The notes beneath the pieces were generated by a model, which ran no database searches, was not told the origin of the DNA, and saw only the letters and a list, made by a program, of their open reading frames with translations. From Abditibacterium sp. (GTDB taxonomy: Bacteria; Armatimonadota; Abditibacteriia; Abditibacteriales; Abditibacteriaceae), in the NCBI GenBank assembly GCA_965199495.1, contig CBDASK010000003.1, positions 3,968,001 to 4,032,000 on the forward strand: DNA of 64,000 nt, written 5' to 3'. This document shows positions 63,586-64,000 of the stretch, in pieces. The position numbers were made by a program, and so were the translations under genes. Numbering within the stretch: the stretch's first letter is position 1; every line of letters begins with the position of its first letter.

Positions 63586-63616
63586 AAAAAGCGCGCCGAC
63601 ATCGGTTGGCGCGCTT
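63586..63616 (-). terminator. Intrinsic terminator
   Basis: AAGCGCGCCAAC..GTCGGCGCGCTTTTT on the minus strand after the last gene. Confidence 0.7.
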
Positions 63617-63631
63617 GCGATTTTCGGATAA

Positions 63632-64000
63632 CTAATCCGCGTTTTCCGCTTCCTGCGTTGGCTTGGCCTTCGCCGTGGCTGCTCTTTTGGCCGGAGCTTT
63701 CTTCGCGGCTTTGGGCGCGGACTCGTTGGCCCGCACCGAACGCTTCGTTATTTGGCGCTCACAGATTTTCTATGTCACTGGTCAGTTGTTGCATCTGGCG
63801 TTTTAGCGCGACAAGTTCTGCTTTGAGTCGAGCATTTTCTGCGGCTTCTCCCGCGTAATCGGATTGGCGGCGGCGGCGTTCGAGTTGGGGCGGGCGGTTG
63901 AGACGCAATCGTTCGATCCACAAAACGCCTTCGGGCATTAATCCTTCGAGAGTGCCATCTTGAAGTGCGCGAATGCGCAATGTTAAATTATCGGTTCGCG
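63632..64000 (-). CDS. 3' part of a coiled-coil protein with K/A-rich tail; apparent 1-bp frameshift near 63761
   Basis: ..QLTSDIENL* continues in the +1 frame as ERQITKRSVRANESAPKAAKKAPAKRAATAKAKPTQEAENAD* up to the terminator; 5' end outside window. Confidence 0.55.

Overview
A GC-rich bacterial chromosomal window made up mostly of housekeeping genes. Gene style and content are consistent with an Abditibacteriota/Armatimonadota-like organism, but this is inference only. Recognised genes: mqo, ruvA, RNase E/G, a split Opp/Dpp ABC system, trpGDC, nadE, gcvTHPaPb, argB, argD, tgt, pyc and futalosine-pathway mqnA/mqnD. It also holds one complete IS982-family element with a 6-bp target duplication, many intergenic long inverted repeats from several families, and several pseudogene remnants. 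No rRNA, tRNA or CRISPR array was seen. Most notable observations: (1) the non-palindromic heptamer AGCCACG/CGTGGCT occurs about once per kb on both strands, a candidate DNA-uptake or HIP-like signal; (2) three dispersed ~330-aa orphan proteins share a C-terminal [ST]xH[ED][QK]LEAx[LV]xx[RH]DW motif, and one has an in-frame TGA; (3) a solitary integron-type gene cassette with an attC site and no IntI in the window; (4) a J-domain-like/TM/GH2 fusion; (5) two tandem secreted proteins with a Cys-less Ada-like domain; (6) a FabF/methyltransferase/FAD-oxidoreductase mini-cluster. All counts and alignments were done by hand.
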